Shown here: in pieces, positions 20,351 to 29,736 of the stretch | Layout: every line of letters begins with the position of its first letter | Numbering within the stretch: position 1 is the stretch's first letter | NCBI RefSeq assembly: GCF_001652585.1 | Contig: NZ_LWLG01000001.1 | Coordinates: forward strand, 270,001-302,000 | From: Thermosulfurimonas dismutans | GTDB lineage: Bacteria; Desulfobacterota; Thermodesulfobacteria; Thermodesulfobacteriales; Thermodesulfobacteriaceae | DNA: 32,000 bases | Direction: 5' to 3' | The notes under the pieces: generated by a model | What the model saw: the letters and a program-made list of their open reading frames with translations, nothing else | What the model was told of the DNA's origin: nothing | Databases searched by the model: none | Position numbers and translations under genes: made by a program

Positions 20351-22999
20351 AATCCTTTCTATAGTCGCAAGAAGGGCCTGATGAGAGAAAGGTTTAATGA
20401 TGGCACCGTTGAATCCGAATTCCTTGTATTTTTCCATCACTGGGTCTTGAGAATAGCCACTGACCACAATAGCCTTAACTTCCGGGAAAAGTTTCCGTAG
20501 TTTGGGTAAAAGGTCTCGGCCTCCCAGACCTCCTGGCACGGTTAGATCAAGGATCACCAGATCGAAGGGGGTTCCGGCGTCCAGGGCTTGTTTGAAGATC
20601 GTCAGGGCCCGTTCTCCGTTCTCGGCGGTCTCTACCTCAAAACCGGAAAGCCTAAGGATCTCGGCCACGGGTTCCCTTACACCTTCCTCGTCGTCCATAA
20701 TGAGGATTCGGGCAGAGCAGGTTTTAGTCCCAGCCTCGTAGGGTTTCTCGTGAGTTTCCACTTTCCCTTCAGGGTTGGCCGGAAGGAGGATCCGGAAAAT
20801 TGCGCCTTTTCCTGGCGGAGATTCTGCTAGAATCCTTCCGTTGTGGGCTTCCACGATGCGGTGACAACTAAAGAGCCCCAGCCCAGAGCCGCCCTCCTTG
20901 GTGGTGAAGAAGGGTTCAAAGATGTGAGGCAGTATGTTTTCTGGAATTCCCGGCCCGGTGTCCTCGATTTCGATTTCAAGATAAGGACCAGGCGGAAGAC
21001 CGAAGGGATTGGGAGAATCGAGCTTGACATTCCGGGCCCGGATGTAAACCTTCCCGCCCTCGGGCATGACCTGACGGGCATTGAGAAGGATGTTGTGTAG
21101 ACAAATGCTCATCTGATCCGGATCAACCTCCGTCGGCCACAGATCGAGGGGAAAGTCTATCTCGGCCTTGATTTTTGACCCCGAAAGGGCAAAGCTAATA
21201 TTTTCTTGTATACACTCGACAAGAGAGACCATACGCTTTACCGGGCCGCCGCCGGTGGTATAGGTCAGAAGCTCGCGGGTGAGAGTTTTGGCCGTAAAAC
21301 AGGCCCGCTCGGCCTTGTTCACCGTCTCCTCAAGCTCTCGATCCTTTAGCTTTAGACGAATGACATTGAGGTAACCAACAATGGCCGAAAGGAGATTGTT
21401 GAAGTCGTGGGCTACCCCGGAGGCCAGGAGGCTCAGGGTCTCAAGCCGCGAGGCCTTGAGGGCCTCTTCTTCGAGTCGTTTCCGGGCGGTGATGTCCCGT
21501 AGTACAATTACGCTTCCCAGGACCTCGTTGGCCTCTGAATGCACGGGTGTGGCTACTCCTTCTACAAGCAGGGTTCTTCCAGATGGTAGTTTGAGTTCGG
21601 CTTCTTTGAAGCTTATTAGCTTATTTTCAACCGAAGCCCAATGTAGGATATCTCTACAAAGACGCGATTTCTTTTCTTTTGTTTTTAAAGAAATGAGTTC
21701 ACAAAAAGATTTCCCAAGCGCAATTTGGGCGCTTATTTCTAGAAGTCTTTCGGCCGCAGGATTTAGGAGCGTGATTCGGCCAGTGATATCGGTGACGATT
21801 ACGGCATCCGTAAGAGAACGCAATATGACCGCCAGCCGTTCCTTTTCTTCGGAGGTCGCTCTTTCGGCCCGCCGTCTTTCCTCGACCTCTTCCTCTAGAT
21901 TCCGGGTAGTTTTTTCAAGGTGAAGGGTCCGTTCACTTACCAGGGATTCCAGGTGATTTCGGTGTTTCTTTAGTTCTTGGTAGGCCCTGGAAAGACGTTT
22001 GTTGAGCGAAAAGATATAGAAGGCAGTTAGGGCCGCGATTATGGTTGCAAGGGCTAGGCTGATGATGAGCTTGAGGTATTTTTCCCTAGCCTCATACATG
22101 AGCTGGGCCTTGAGTTCCGCATAGGGGCCCACACCCAGTTCTCGTAGGCACTCGTGCACCGGCTGATAGTTGTGGGGAATGGTCCAAGCCGCGCCGGTGG
22201 CCCTGGCCACCTCAGAATCTTTGGGTAGGGCCAGGAGCACGGAAGCCAAAACCTCGGCCACCTCATCCTTCAAGGTCGGAGCCCGGGCCAGGGGCCATTC
22301 GGGGTAAATAGGAGTGCTGAGCCACAAATCAAATCCGGGTGCTCTTTGGGGATGGATGAGCTTTAGGTCCTTGAGGCGTATTTTGCCTTCGGCGGACATG
22401 GCCTCAAGGATGTCCGTTCGCACGCACCCCACATCCACCACGCCCTTCAGCACGGCATAGACCACGGCGTCATGAGTCTTATAAAATTGAACCTTAAAGT
22501 CCCTCCCCCGCTTGAGGCCCGCCTGCATGAATTCTCGCCACTGCATGAGCCAGCCTCCAAAGGAGGCCGGATCCACAGTGCCTACTAGAGGTTTAACCTT
22601 TTTAAAGTCTTCAAGAGTAGATAGATATCTGTGCTCCGAGCGGGTAAAGATGACCCCTCCAAAACGGGTATAGGTTTTTCCGAACTTGAGGTTTTTCATG
22701 GTCACAATCGGTGAAAGCCCGCAGCAGGCCTTAAATTCCATATACATGGCCGGGTTGGCCAGTACTAGATCCGCCTGGCCCTTTTGGACCGCCTCCTTCA
22801 AAGCCTCGAAAGGAAGAGGTTCCAGTTTGATGGTGTAAGGAGTGGTCTCATGGAGATAATCAACTAAGGGTTGCCACCTTTTAATGGCGGCCTCTTTTCC
22901 TCTTTTGGCGAGGACGGCAAAGGTTATAGTTTGGGCTGAAACCGCGACAGGGCTAAAAACGAGGGATATCCAGAGGAAAACAAGATGAATTACCAACAT
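20339..22999 (-). CDS. hybrid sensor histidine kinase/response regulator with PhnD-like periplasmic binding domain and PAS domain
   Basis: 886 aa. Signal peptide, a phosphonate-binding-like periplasmic domain (TITFAVLAKRGKEAAIKRWQPLVDYL), a TM helix, a coiled coil, a PAS domain, the H-box GVAHDFNNLLSAI, HATPase boxes (LLNARQ, DTGPGI, GSGLGL), and a receiver (ILIMDDE, DLVILDLTVPG, KAIVVSGYS). Confidence 0.9.
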   Translation of the reverse strand: MLVIHLVFLWISLVFSPVAVSAQTITFAVLAKRGKEAAIKRWQPLVDYLHETTPYTIKLEPLPFEALKEAVQKGQADLVLANPAMYMEFKACCGLSPIVTMKNLKFGKTYTRFGGVIFTRSEHRYLSTLEDFKKVKPLVGTVDPASFGGWLMQWREFMQAGLKRGRDFKVQFYKTHDAVVYAVLKGVVDVGCVRTDILEAMSAEGKIRLKDLKLIHPQRAPGFDLWLSTPIYPEWPLARAPTLKDEVAEVLASVLLALPKDSEVARATGAAWTIPHNYQPVHECLRELGVGPYAELKAQLMYEAREKYLKLIISLALATIIAALTAFYIFSLNKRLSRAYQELKKHRNHLESLVSERTLHLEKTTRNLEEEVEERRRAERATSEEKERLAVILRSLTDAVIVTDITGRITLLNPAAERLLEISAQIALGKSFCELISLKTKEKKSRLCRDILHWASVENKLISFKEAELKLPSGRTLLVEGVATPVHSEANEVLGSVIVLRDITARKRLEEEALKASRLETLSLLASGVAHDFNNLLSAIVGYLNVIRLKLKDRELEETVNKAERACFTAKTLTRELLTYTTGGGPVKRMVSLVECIQENISFALSGSKIKAEIDFPLDLWPTEVDPDQMSICLHNILLNARQVMPEGGKVYIRARNVKLDSPNPFGLPPGPYLEIEIEDTGPGIPENILPHIFEPFFTTKEGGSGLGLFSCHRIVEAHNGRILAESPPGKGAIFRILLPANPEGKVETHEKPYEAGTKTCSARILIMDDEEGVREPVAEILRLSGFEVETAENGERALTIFKQALDAGTPFDLVILDLTVPGGLGGRDLLPKLRKLFPEVKAIVVSGYSQDPVMEKYKEFGFNGAIIKPFSHQALLATIERILSE

Positions 23000-23005
23000 A
23001 AATCC

Positions 23006-23034
23006 ATAATATTTCTAGAAAGCCTTAAATACAA
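23006..23034 (-). promoter_or_regulatory. sigma70-like promoter candidate for the hybrid kinase, placed to give a leaderless or near-leaderless mRNA
   Basis: Minus strand TTGTAT (23034-23029), 17-nt spacer, TATTAT (23011-23006). The ATG at 22999 starts 7 nt after the -10 hexamer, and there is no SD in between (GGATTT). Confidence 0.4.
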
Positions 23035-23082
23035 GCTCAGGCCGGATCAAAATTGGGAAAGCCCTTCCTTATAAAGAAGGAT

Positions 23083-24513
23083 TTATCCTTTGATACACCC
23101 GAGGGGTAAGAGTTTCACCACTTTTCGGGTAAGGCCGGCCCGGCAGGTGGCCTCGATCACCTGGGTAACATCTTTATAGGCCTCCGGGGCTTCCTCTGCG
23201 GCCCCGCGCTTGCTTTTGGCCCGCACGATGATGCCCCGCTTTCGCAGATCATCGATGACCCTCTCGCCCCGGAAGCGTTTTAAGGCCTGGTGACGGCTCA
23301 TGGTGCGACCGGCTCCGTGGCAGGCCGAACCGAAGGCCTTTTTCTCTCCCTCCTCCGTTCCGGCCAGAATGTAGGAGGCCGTACCCATGGAACCCCCGAT
23401 GATCACTGGCTGGCCCACCTCACGGTAAGCTTCAGGAAGTTCCTTTCGTCCCGGTCCCCAGGCCCGGGTGGCCCCCTTCCGGTGCACGTAAAGCCTCCGG
23501 GGTTTGCCGTCTATCTCGTGGACCTCCACCTTGCAGGTGTTGTGGCTCACGTCATAAAGAAGGGTGACCCGGGCGTGCTTGAAGAAAGCGTTTATGACTT
23601 CTCGCACGAGGTGCGTGATGACCTGCCGGTTGGCGAGTGCACAGTTCACCCCGCAGGCCATGGCCTTGAAGTATTTTTCTCCCTCCGGGGAACGGATGGG
23701 AGCACAGACCAGCTCTTTTTCTTTGATGGGAATCCCGTACTTGCGGGAGGCCTTGGCGAGCACCTGGAGGTAATCGGTGGCGATCTGGTGCCCTAGGGCC
23801 CTAGAGCCACAATGAATGGTGATGACCACATCGTCCTTCTCAAGGCCAAAGGCCTCCGCTATTTTCCGGTCGTAAACCTCGGCCACATACTGGATCTCGA
23901 GATAATGGTTTCCAGACCCCAAGGTCCCTACCTGTCGGTGTTGCCTGCGCTTGGCCTCCATAGAGACACAAGACGGATCAGCTCCGGGAAGGCAACCTTT
24001 CTCCTCGATGTATTCGAGATCTTCGGGTTCGCCGTAGCCTTTTTCTACTGCCCAGCGGGCCCCGCCTACCAAGACTTCGTCCAGTTTTTGTGGCGAAAGT
24101 CGGATTTCGCCCTCGGAACCTACTCCCGAGGGCACGGTTTCGAAGAGTTCGTCCACCAGGCGCTCAAGAACCGGTAGAACCTCCTCGCGTTTGAGGCCGG
24201 TCCTAAGAGTTCTTACCCCGCAGGAGATGTCGTAGCCTACCCCGCCCACAGAGATGATACCGCCTTCGTCTGGATCAAAGGCCGCTACTCCTCCGATGGG
24301 AAAGCCGTAGCCCCAATGGGCATCCGGCATAGCGATGGAGGCGCGAACGATTCCCGGAAGACAGGCCACATTGGTGACTTGCTCATATACCTTATCGTCC
24401 ATGTCTTCGATTAGATCCTGGCTAGCGAAAACTCTTCCGGGAACCCTCATTTCCCCTCGGGGAGGGATTTCCCATTCATAATCGTTTATTTTTTTAAGTT
24501 TTTTTATTTCCAT
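23083..24513 (-). CDS. rtcB: RNA 3'-phosphate/5'-OH ligase RtcB
   Basis: 476 aa. MPDAHWGYGFPIGGV, GGVGYDISCGVR, GSGNHYLEIQ, HCGSRALGHQ, HNTC, ACHGAGR. AAGGGG RBS upstream. Confidence 0.95.
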   Translation of the reverse strand: MEIKKLKKINDYEWEIPPRGEMRVPGRVFASQDLIEDMDDKVYEQVTNVACLPGIVRASIAMPDAHWGYGFPIGGVAAFDPDEGGIISVGGVGYDISCGVRTLRTGLKREEVLPVLERLVDELFETVPSGVGSEGEIRLSPQKLDEVLVGGARWAVEKGYGEPEDLEYIEEKGCLPGADPSCVSMEAKRRQHRQVGTLGSGNHYLEIQYVAEVYDRKIAEAFGLEKDDVVITIHCGSRALGHQIATDYLQVLAKASRKYGIPIKEKELVCAPIRSPEGEKYFKAMACGVNCALANRQVITHLVREVINAFFKHARVTLLYDVSHNTCKVEVHEIDGKPRRLYVHRKGATRAWGPGRKELPEAYREVGQPVIIGGSMGTASYILAGTEEGEKKAFGSACHGAGRTMSRHQALKRFRGERVIDDLRKRGIIVRAKSKRGAAEEAPEAYKDVTQVIEATCRAGLTRKVVKLLPLGCIKG

Positions 24514-24560
24514 GACTGCCCCTTAGGGGATCGGACCGCGATTTTAATATAAGTTGGTTT

Positions 24561-26525
24561 TCATGCCGGGTAAAGGTGGAGGTTTCCGTATCGGTCGCAA
24601 GCTGCCCGGAAGTCCTCCGGAAGATACACCGTGGTATAGTCTCCAATGATGAGGGCCGGACCAGAGACTTCGGCCTCCACTGGAAGCTCGTCCCAGAGAT
24701 AAACCGGTGTTCTTAGACGCTTTTGGGGGGAAACTAAGAGTTCGGTAGTTTCGATGCTTCTTAATTCTTGGCCGCCCTGAAAGAGGGGCCATTCTAAAGG
24801 GGGCCTTTTTTGGATGATCGTGAGTCTTAAAGCGGTTGCCTCTATTGGGGTGTCGGGGAGTCGGTATCCGTAAAGCCTTTCATGTTCCCTATGGAAGTCT
24901 TCTTCAAAGGTCGGGGAAAAGGGCACTGTAATTTCAAAAGACTGGCCTCGATAGCGTAAATCCACCTTTTCTTCAAAAATCAAGTCTTTGGTTATACCCA
25001 AGGCCCTAAGTTCACTTTCGGCCCGGGCTCTTAGTTCTGAAAAACCTTTCTTTAGAGTTTCATAGTCCGGAGAAATTTTTAGGCTCAAACCTTTTGAGAA
25101 ATCGAACCTTGGTTCGGAGGTGAGGATACCCAGAGCCGAAAGCACACCGGAGAGTTTGGGAATGAGCACTCTAGGAATGTTAAGCCTTTTGGCAAGCTCA
25201 GCCGCGTGCAGGCCACCGGCTCCGCCGAAGGCTGTAAGCACAAACTCTCGAGGATCGTATCCTCTCTCAAGGGAAACTTTGCGTAGGGCCTTTTCCATAT
25301 TGGTGTTTACGATCTCTAATATCGCCAGGGCTAAGGCCTCGGGGGTAAGACCACGGTTTCTCGTAAGCTCGACCAAGGCCCTTTCTGCGAGATCTAGTTT
25401 TAGCAACATACGGCCTGCGAGAAAGCGATGGGGAAGGAGGCGTCCGGCAAACAGGTTGGCGTCAGTAACAGTGGGCCGGGTTCCTCCCCGAGCGTAACAC
25501 GCCGGTCCGGGATCGGCTCCGGCGCTCTGCGGCCCAACCCTTAAGGCTCCGCCGGGGTCAAACCAAGCGATGGAACCTCCGCCAGCTCCGATGGTATGGA
25601 TGTCTATAAGGGGCAGGGCCACGGGGTGTCCCTCAAGTTCGTATTCCCGGGTGTAAGTGGGGCCTTGGTCACAAAGGGAGACATCTGTGGAGGTGCCCCC
25701 CATGTCAAAGGTAAGGATGCGATTGAAACCAAGGGCTTGGGCTAGTTTTACCGCTCCGGCTACGCCGCCTGCAGGGCCGGAAAGCAAGGTCATGACCGCC
25801 CGCTCGGCCACCGCCTCCGCTGGCATGAGCCCACCGTTTGACTGCATAATAAAGATCCGCCTTCCGGGAAGTTCGCGCGAGAGCCTGGCCACATATCTTT
25901 CCATCACCGGGGCCAGATAGGCGTTAAGGAGGGTGGTCGTCGTACGCTCGAACTCTCGGAACTCAGGTCGTACTTCCGAGGATAGGGAAATGTGGAGCTC
26001 CAGATCGGAAAGAGCTTCCCGGATCTGCCTTTCATGTTCCGGGAAGAGGTAAGCGTGAAGCAGACAAATCGCTACGGCCTCGGGATTTTTCTTGCGGACC
26101 CAATTACGGATCCGCTCGAGTTCCTCTTGAGTAAGAGGAGTTTCTACCGTGCCATCGGCCAGTACCCGTTCGTTTACCCCAAGAATTCGACTTTTAGCCA
26201 CTACTGGCCGGGGTTTTTCTACCATGAAGTTGTAGAGTTCCGGTCGGTTCTGGCGTCCAATAAAGATCACATCCTCGAATCCCCTGGTGGTAAGGAGAAC
26301 CACCTTCGCTCCCCGGCGAGTAAGAAAAGCGTTGGTGCCTACGGTGGTCCCGTGGAATACTTCTTTAACCTTTTTGCCGGCTTGGCTTTCGAGGTCTTTG
26401 ATACCCGAAAGTATGGCCTGGGAGGGATCTCCTGGTGTGGAGGGCACTTTGTGCGTTAAGAGGCGGCCTTCGGCCTCCGCTACAAAGTCCGTAAAGGTTC
26501 CTCCGGTGTCAACCGCCACCCGCAT
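24561..26525 (-). CDS. hydantoinase/oxoprolinase family protein, A-type subunit (HyuA-like)
   Basis: 654 aa. MRVAVDTGGTFTDFV N-terminus, FHGTTVGTNA, TFDMGGTSTDVS, IGAGGGSIAW. No HyuB-type partner in the window. The ATG overlaps the upstream gene's stop (TAATG). Confidence 0.9.
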   Translation of the reverse strand: MRVAVDTGGTFTDFVAEAEGRLLTHKVPSTPGDPSQAILSGIKDLESQAGKKVKEVFHGTTVGTNAFLTRRGAKVVLLTTRGFEDVIFIGRQNRPELYNFMVEKPRPVVAKSRILGVNERVLADGTVETPLTQEELERIRNWVRKKNPEAVAICLLHAYLFPEHERQIREALSDLELHISLSSEVRPEFREFERTTTTLLNAYLAPVMERYVARLSRELPGRRIFIMQSNGGLMPAEAVAERAVMTLLSGPAGGVAGAVKLAQALGFNRILTFDMGGTSTDVSLCDQGPTYTREYELEGHPVALPLIDIHTIGAGGGSIAWFDPGGALRVGPQSAGADPGPACYARGGTRPTVTDANLFAGRLLPHRFLAGRMLLKLDLAERALVELTRNRGLTPEALALAILEIVNTNMEKALRKVSLERGYDPREFVLTAFGGAGGLHAAELAKRLNIPRVLIPKLSGVLSALGILTSEPRFDFSKGLSLKISPDYETLKKGFSELRARAESELRALGITKDLIFEEKVDLRYRGQSFEITVPFSPTFEEDFHREHERLYGYRLPDTPIEATALRLTIIQKRPPLEWPLFQGGQELRSIETTELLVSPQKRLRTPVYLWDELPVEAEVSGPALIIGDYTTVYLPEDFRAACDRYGNLHLYPA

Positions 26526-27013
26526 TAGAGGGTTACCTTTTCCACTTCTCCGGTCTCGGTGTCATAGAGGGCCAAAGTAGGGGGGCCTTCCTTGCCTAGG
26601 AGCTCTCCGGGGTTTATGAGTGTGGCTCGGCCGTGTTTAAGGACCTTGTAGACATGGGTATGTCCGCAAAGGACGAGATCGTAATCTCCTGTGGCTGCAA
26701 AACCGCGGGCCAGGTCTGGATAGTGCACCATGGCGATGGCGAGCCCTGCAACCTCAAGAAAGGCGAATTCGCCATGAAAGTGGACATTTTCGAAACGGGC
26801 CACCTGTTTTTCAAGAAGATGAGGGTCTCCTCGGTTGTTCCCTAAAATAAGGTGAACCGAGCCCGGGAATTCCGCTAGCACCGGAATCATAAAAGGCGAG
26901 ATCAGGTCCCCGCAGTGGAAGAGTATTTTCGCTCCGGCCTCGCGGGCCTTGCCGATAGCTGTGCGAAGATGGGGAATATGATCATGGCTGTCGCTCACGA
27001 TGGCGAACTTCAT
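26525..27013 (-). CDS. metallophosphoesterase, YfcE/MJ0936 family
   Basis: 162 aa. VSDSHDH, HCGDL, GNNRGD, HGE, CGHTH: the full calcineurin-like motif set. AAGGAGG RBS upstream. Confidence 0.85.
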   Translation of the reverse strand: MKFAIVSDSHDHIPHLRTAIGKAREAGAKILFHCGDLISPFMIPVLAEFPGSVHLILGNNRGDPHLLEKQVARFENVHFHGEFAFLEVAGLAIAMVHYPDLARGFAATGDYDLVLCGHTHVYKVLKHGRATLINPGELLGKEGPPTLALYDTETGEVEKVTL

Positions 27014-27047
27014 AGATGACCTCCTTGTTACGGGTCTTTTCGAATAT

Positions 27048-29594
27048 TTACCGGAAGCCCTTTTCCGTCAAGTTTCTTTGGGAAAGAAACCATTTTTCAA
27101 TCTCAACCAAGACGAAGAGGAGTAGGCTTCCGATGCCCACCAAGCCCCAGGCTTTGAGAGGGAGAGGGGCTACTTTGAAGATCCGATTCAGGACGGGAAG
27201 ATAGGTGAAAAGGGCCTGGAAGAGAACTATGGCAGCCAGTCCGGGGAGGAGGGCCGAGTTGCCAGAAAGGAGTTTGACAGGATTGAGAGGGGCCTTTTTG
27301 AGAAAACGGGTGTTTAGGAGATAGAGGGCCTCCATGAAGACGATGAGGTTTACCGCCAGGCACCTAGCTTCCTCTACTCCATGACGAGCCTTCCAGAATT
27401 CAAAACCCGCCCAGGTGACACTGGCCATGATCACCGAGACCAGAAGGATTTGGAAAATGAGATAGCCGTCCAGAAGGGGGGCCTTCGGAGGCCTGGGCGG
27501 ACGGGCCATGACGTCCTCTTCCGCAGGTTCAAAAGCCAGGGTCACTGCAAGGGCTACGGTGGTCACCAGATTGATCCAAAGGATGTGAAGGGGAAGTACG
27601 GGAAGGACCGTGGCCAGGAAAAGGGCCGCGAGCAGGAGCAGACACTCCCCGCCGTTGGTGGGGAAGACGAAGAGCAGGGTCTTCTTGAGGTTGTCAAAGA
27701 CCGTACGTCCTTCTTCCACGGCTGCTACCAAGGTGACGAAGTTGTCGTCCAGAAGGACCATATCTGCGGCCTCCTTGGCCACCTCTGTTCCGCTCCCCAT
27801 AGCCACTCCGATATGGGCAGACTTCAGCGCCGGGGCGTCGTTCACCCCATCCCCAGTCATGGCTACGATCTCATCTTGTTTCTTGAAAGCCTCGATCAGC
27901 CGGAGTTTGGTTTCCGGGGTAGCCCGCGCTACGATGTCCGTGTGTTCAAGTAGGATGTAAAGTTCTCCGGGGTCAAGCTTTTCGATTTTCCTTCCGGTGA
28001 CCGCCCTTCCGGAAAAGCCAACGCGATGACCTATAGCCTCGGCGGTGAGGGGATGATCCCCGGTGACCATCTTGACCCTGATTCCGGCGGAAAGACAGGT
28101 TTTTACCGCGATCTCGGCCTCGGGGCGGGGAGGGTCTCGGAACCCTACCAGCCCGAGGGGAGTTAAATTCCCCTCCGAAAGGGCCTCCGAAATATTTAGG
28201 CGAGAGGTTTCTTTTTGAGCCAGGGCTATTAATCTTAGCCCCGAAGCGGCGAGTTTCTGAAGTTTCCTTTCAAGGGTACCTTTTTCCTTGCACAGGGCGA
28301 AGACTATTTCTGGAGCCCCCTTGAGGATGATGAACTTCCGCCCCCTTTTTTCTATCAGAAGGGCCGAATATTTCCGAGAGGAATCGAAAGGTAGCTTCTC
28401 GAGGATCCGGTGGTCGGAGGCCTTGGTCTCCCGAGGCGGAAGGATCTTCTTTAGGGCCTCGTCCAGAGGGTGGCCTTCTTCAAGGGTAAGGGCCACGGCT
28501 TCAAGGAGAGGCTTAAGTTCTTTCCTGAGGTAAGCGGTTTCGGGCTTTGTGCTTTCTCCTCTGGAGTCCACCAGGATTTCGGGCTCCAGGCGGTTCTGGG
28601 TAAGGGTTCCGGTCTTGTCGGTGAAGATCACGGTAGTGCTTCCGAGGGTCTCAACCGCCGGAAGATACCGAATAATGGCCTTCTTTTCGGCCATGCGTTT
28701 TACGCCCATGGCTAGAGCGACGGTGAGGATGACGGGAAGCCCTTCCGGGATGGCTGATACTGCCAGGGCCACCGCAGCCATGAAGGATTCTTCTAGCGAA
28801 AACTTCCGAAAATATCCCACGGCAAAAGTCAGGCCGGCCAGGAATACGATGGCCACCGTTACCCAGCGGGTGAACCCTTCGAGTTTTTCCGCCAGGGGGG
28901 TTTTCGGGAGACGAATTTCGCCCATCATACGGGCAATCTTTCCGAACTCGGTCTCAGCCCCGGTGGCCACTACCAAGGCCCGGCCCTCACCAGCTACCAC
29001 CAGGGTTCCGGAGAAGACTAAATTTTTCCTTTCAGCTAGAGGGACTTCTTCAGGGAGGACTTCCGGAGACTTTTCAACCGGAAGGCTTTCTCCCGTGAGC
29101 ACGGCCTCATCCACGGAGAGTCCGCGAGTCTCAACTAGCCGGGCATCCGCCGGGATCTTTATCCCGGTACTAAGAAGCAGGAGATCACCTGGCACAATGT
29201 CTTCAGCCGAGATTATTCGGCTTCGGCCCTCACGAATTACTATCGCTTTGGGACTCAATAAATCTTTAAGGCTCTCTAGGGTTCGTTCGGCCTTGTACTC
29301 CTGGAAGAAGCCGATCATGGCATTTATGACCACCACAGCAAGAATCACGGCCGCATCCACGGGTTCTCCTATGAAAAAAGAGATAAACCCTGCCACTATG
29401 AGGGCGTAAATAAAGAGCGATCGAAATTGAGCGAGGAAGATCTTTAGAGGATTCCTCCCGGGTTGAGTGGGTAAACGATTGGGACCGTAGCGTTCTTTCC
29501 GCAAAAGGGCCTCTTTTTCTGAGAGCCCTTTTACGGGATCTGTCTTTAGGGAAAGAGCGATTTCTTCAGCGGAGTATTGATGGGCATTCTTCAT
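27048..29594 (-). CDS. P-type cation-transporting ATPase, P2 (Ca2+-ATPase-like) type
   Basis: TGES, AIPEGLP (the PEGL motif of P2 ATPases), the phosphorylation site DKTGTLT, KGAPE, MVTGD, TGDGVNDAPAL. I prefer ATG 29594 (MKNAHQYSAEEI) to the TTG at 29615 used by the track. Ion specificity cannot be set by eye. Confidence 0.9.
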   Translation of the reverse strand: MKNAHQYSAEEIALSLKTDPVKGLSEKEALLRKERYGPNRLPTQPGRNPLKIFLAQFRSLFIYALIVAGFISFFIGEPVDAAVILAVVVINAMIGFFQEYKAERTLESLKDLLSPKAIVIREGRSRIISAEDIVPGDLLLLSTGIKIPADARLVETRGLSVDEAVLTGESLPVEKSPEVLPEEVPLAERKNLVFSGTLVVAGEGRALVVATGAETEFGKIARMMGEIRLPKTPLAEKLEGFTRWVTVAIVFLAGLTFAVGYFRKFSLEESFMAAVALAVSAIPEGLPVILTVALAMGVKRMAEKKAIIRYLPAVETLGSTTVIFTDKTGTLTQNRLEPEILVDSRGESTKPETAYLRKELKPLLEAVALTLEEGHPLDEALKKILPPRETKASDHRILEKLPFDSSRKYSALLIEKRGRKFIILKGAPEIVFALCKEKGTLERKLQKLAASGLRLIALAQKETSRLNISEALSEGNLTPLGLVGFRDPPRPEAEIAVKTCLSAGIRVKMVTGDHPLTAEAIGHRVGFSGRAVTGRKIEKLDPGELYILLEHTDIVARATPETKLRLIEAFKKQDEIVAMTGDGVNDAPALKSAHIGVAMGSGTEVAKEAADMVLLDDNFVTLVAAVEEGRTVFDNLKKTLLFVFPTNGGECLLLLAALFLATVLPVLPLHILWINLVTTVALAVTLAFEPAEEDVMARPPRPPKAPLLDGYLIFQILLVSVIMASVTWAGFEFWKARHGVEEARCLAVNLIVFMEALYLLNTRFLKKAPLNPVKLLSGNSALLPGLAAIVLFQALFTYLPVLNRIFKVAPLPLKAWGLVGIGSLLLFVLVEIEKWFLSQRNLTEKGFR

Positions 29595-29628
29595 TTCAGT
29601 AGAAACTTTTACCAAATTTTAAGAGACG

Positions 29629-29658
29629 TTGCACTTATTTTAAAACTAGACTTAAAAT
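29629..29658 (+). promoter_or_regulatory. sigma70-like promoter candidate for the FapA-CZB genes
   Basis: TTGCAC (29629-29634), 18-nt spacer, TAAAAT (29653-29658) in the AT-rich divergent intergenic region. Confidence 0.35.
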
Positions 29659-29671
29659 ATAAAATTTTAGT

Positions 29672-29700
29672 ATTATCTTATTTTGGAATTTTGGTGTTAA
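29672..29700 (-). promoter_or_regulatory. sigma70-like promoter candidate for the P-type ATPase string
   Basis: Minus strand TTAACA (29700-29695), 17-nt spacer, GATAAT (29677-29672). It sits back-to-back with the plus-strand candidate. Confidence 0.35.
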
Positions 29701-29736
29701 CTTATTTTAGGAGCTTTGTTTGGGAGTCGGTCCTTT

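Noticed and set aside
23063-23080. Hairpin CCTTC-N8-GAAGG directly after the rtcB stop, as a possible terminator
   Set aside because: The stem has only 5 G/C-A/T pairs, the loop is 8 nt, and there is no adjacent U-tract on the minus strand. The evidence is too weak to call.
24514-24560. CCCCTTAGGGG palindrome between the hydantoinase-like gene and rtcB
   Set aside because: The loop is too short for a stable hairpin. On the coding strand it supplies the AAGGGG ribosome-binding site for rtcB.
24544-24792. 82-aa minus-strand ORF overlapping the 3' end of the hydantoinase-like gene
   Set aside because: It is an alternative frame of a well-supported 654-aa gene. It is Pro/Gly/Arg-rich and has no start context.
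28549-29409. 286-aa plus-strand ORF, and similar long antisense ORFs (3313..3846, 8191..8610, 15376..15918, 19481..20194, 21381..21923, 25120..25497, 27381..27953)
   Set aside because: All lie antisense to genes with strong family motifs. Their translations are Ser/Arg/Pro/Ala-rich and low in complexity, as expected for the opposite strand of coding DNA at this GC content.
29595-29736. Possible riboswitch (yybP-ykoY Mn2+ or M-box type) in the 5' region of the P-type ATPase
   Set aside because: The region is extremely AT-rich and lacks the GC-rich conserved helices of those riboswitch classes. Promoter hexamers explain it better.
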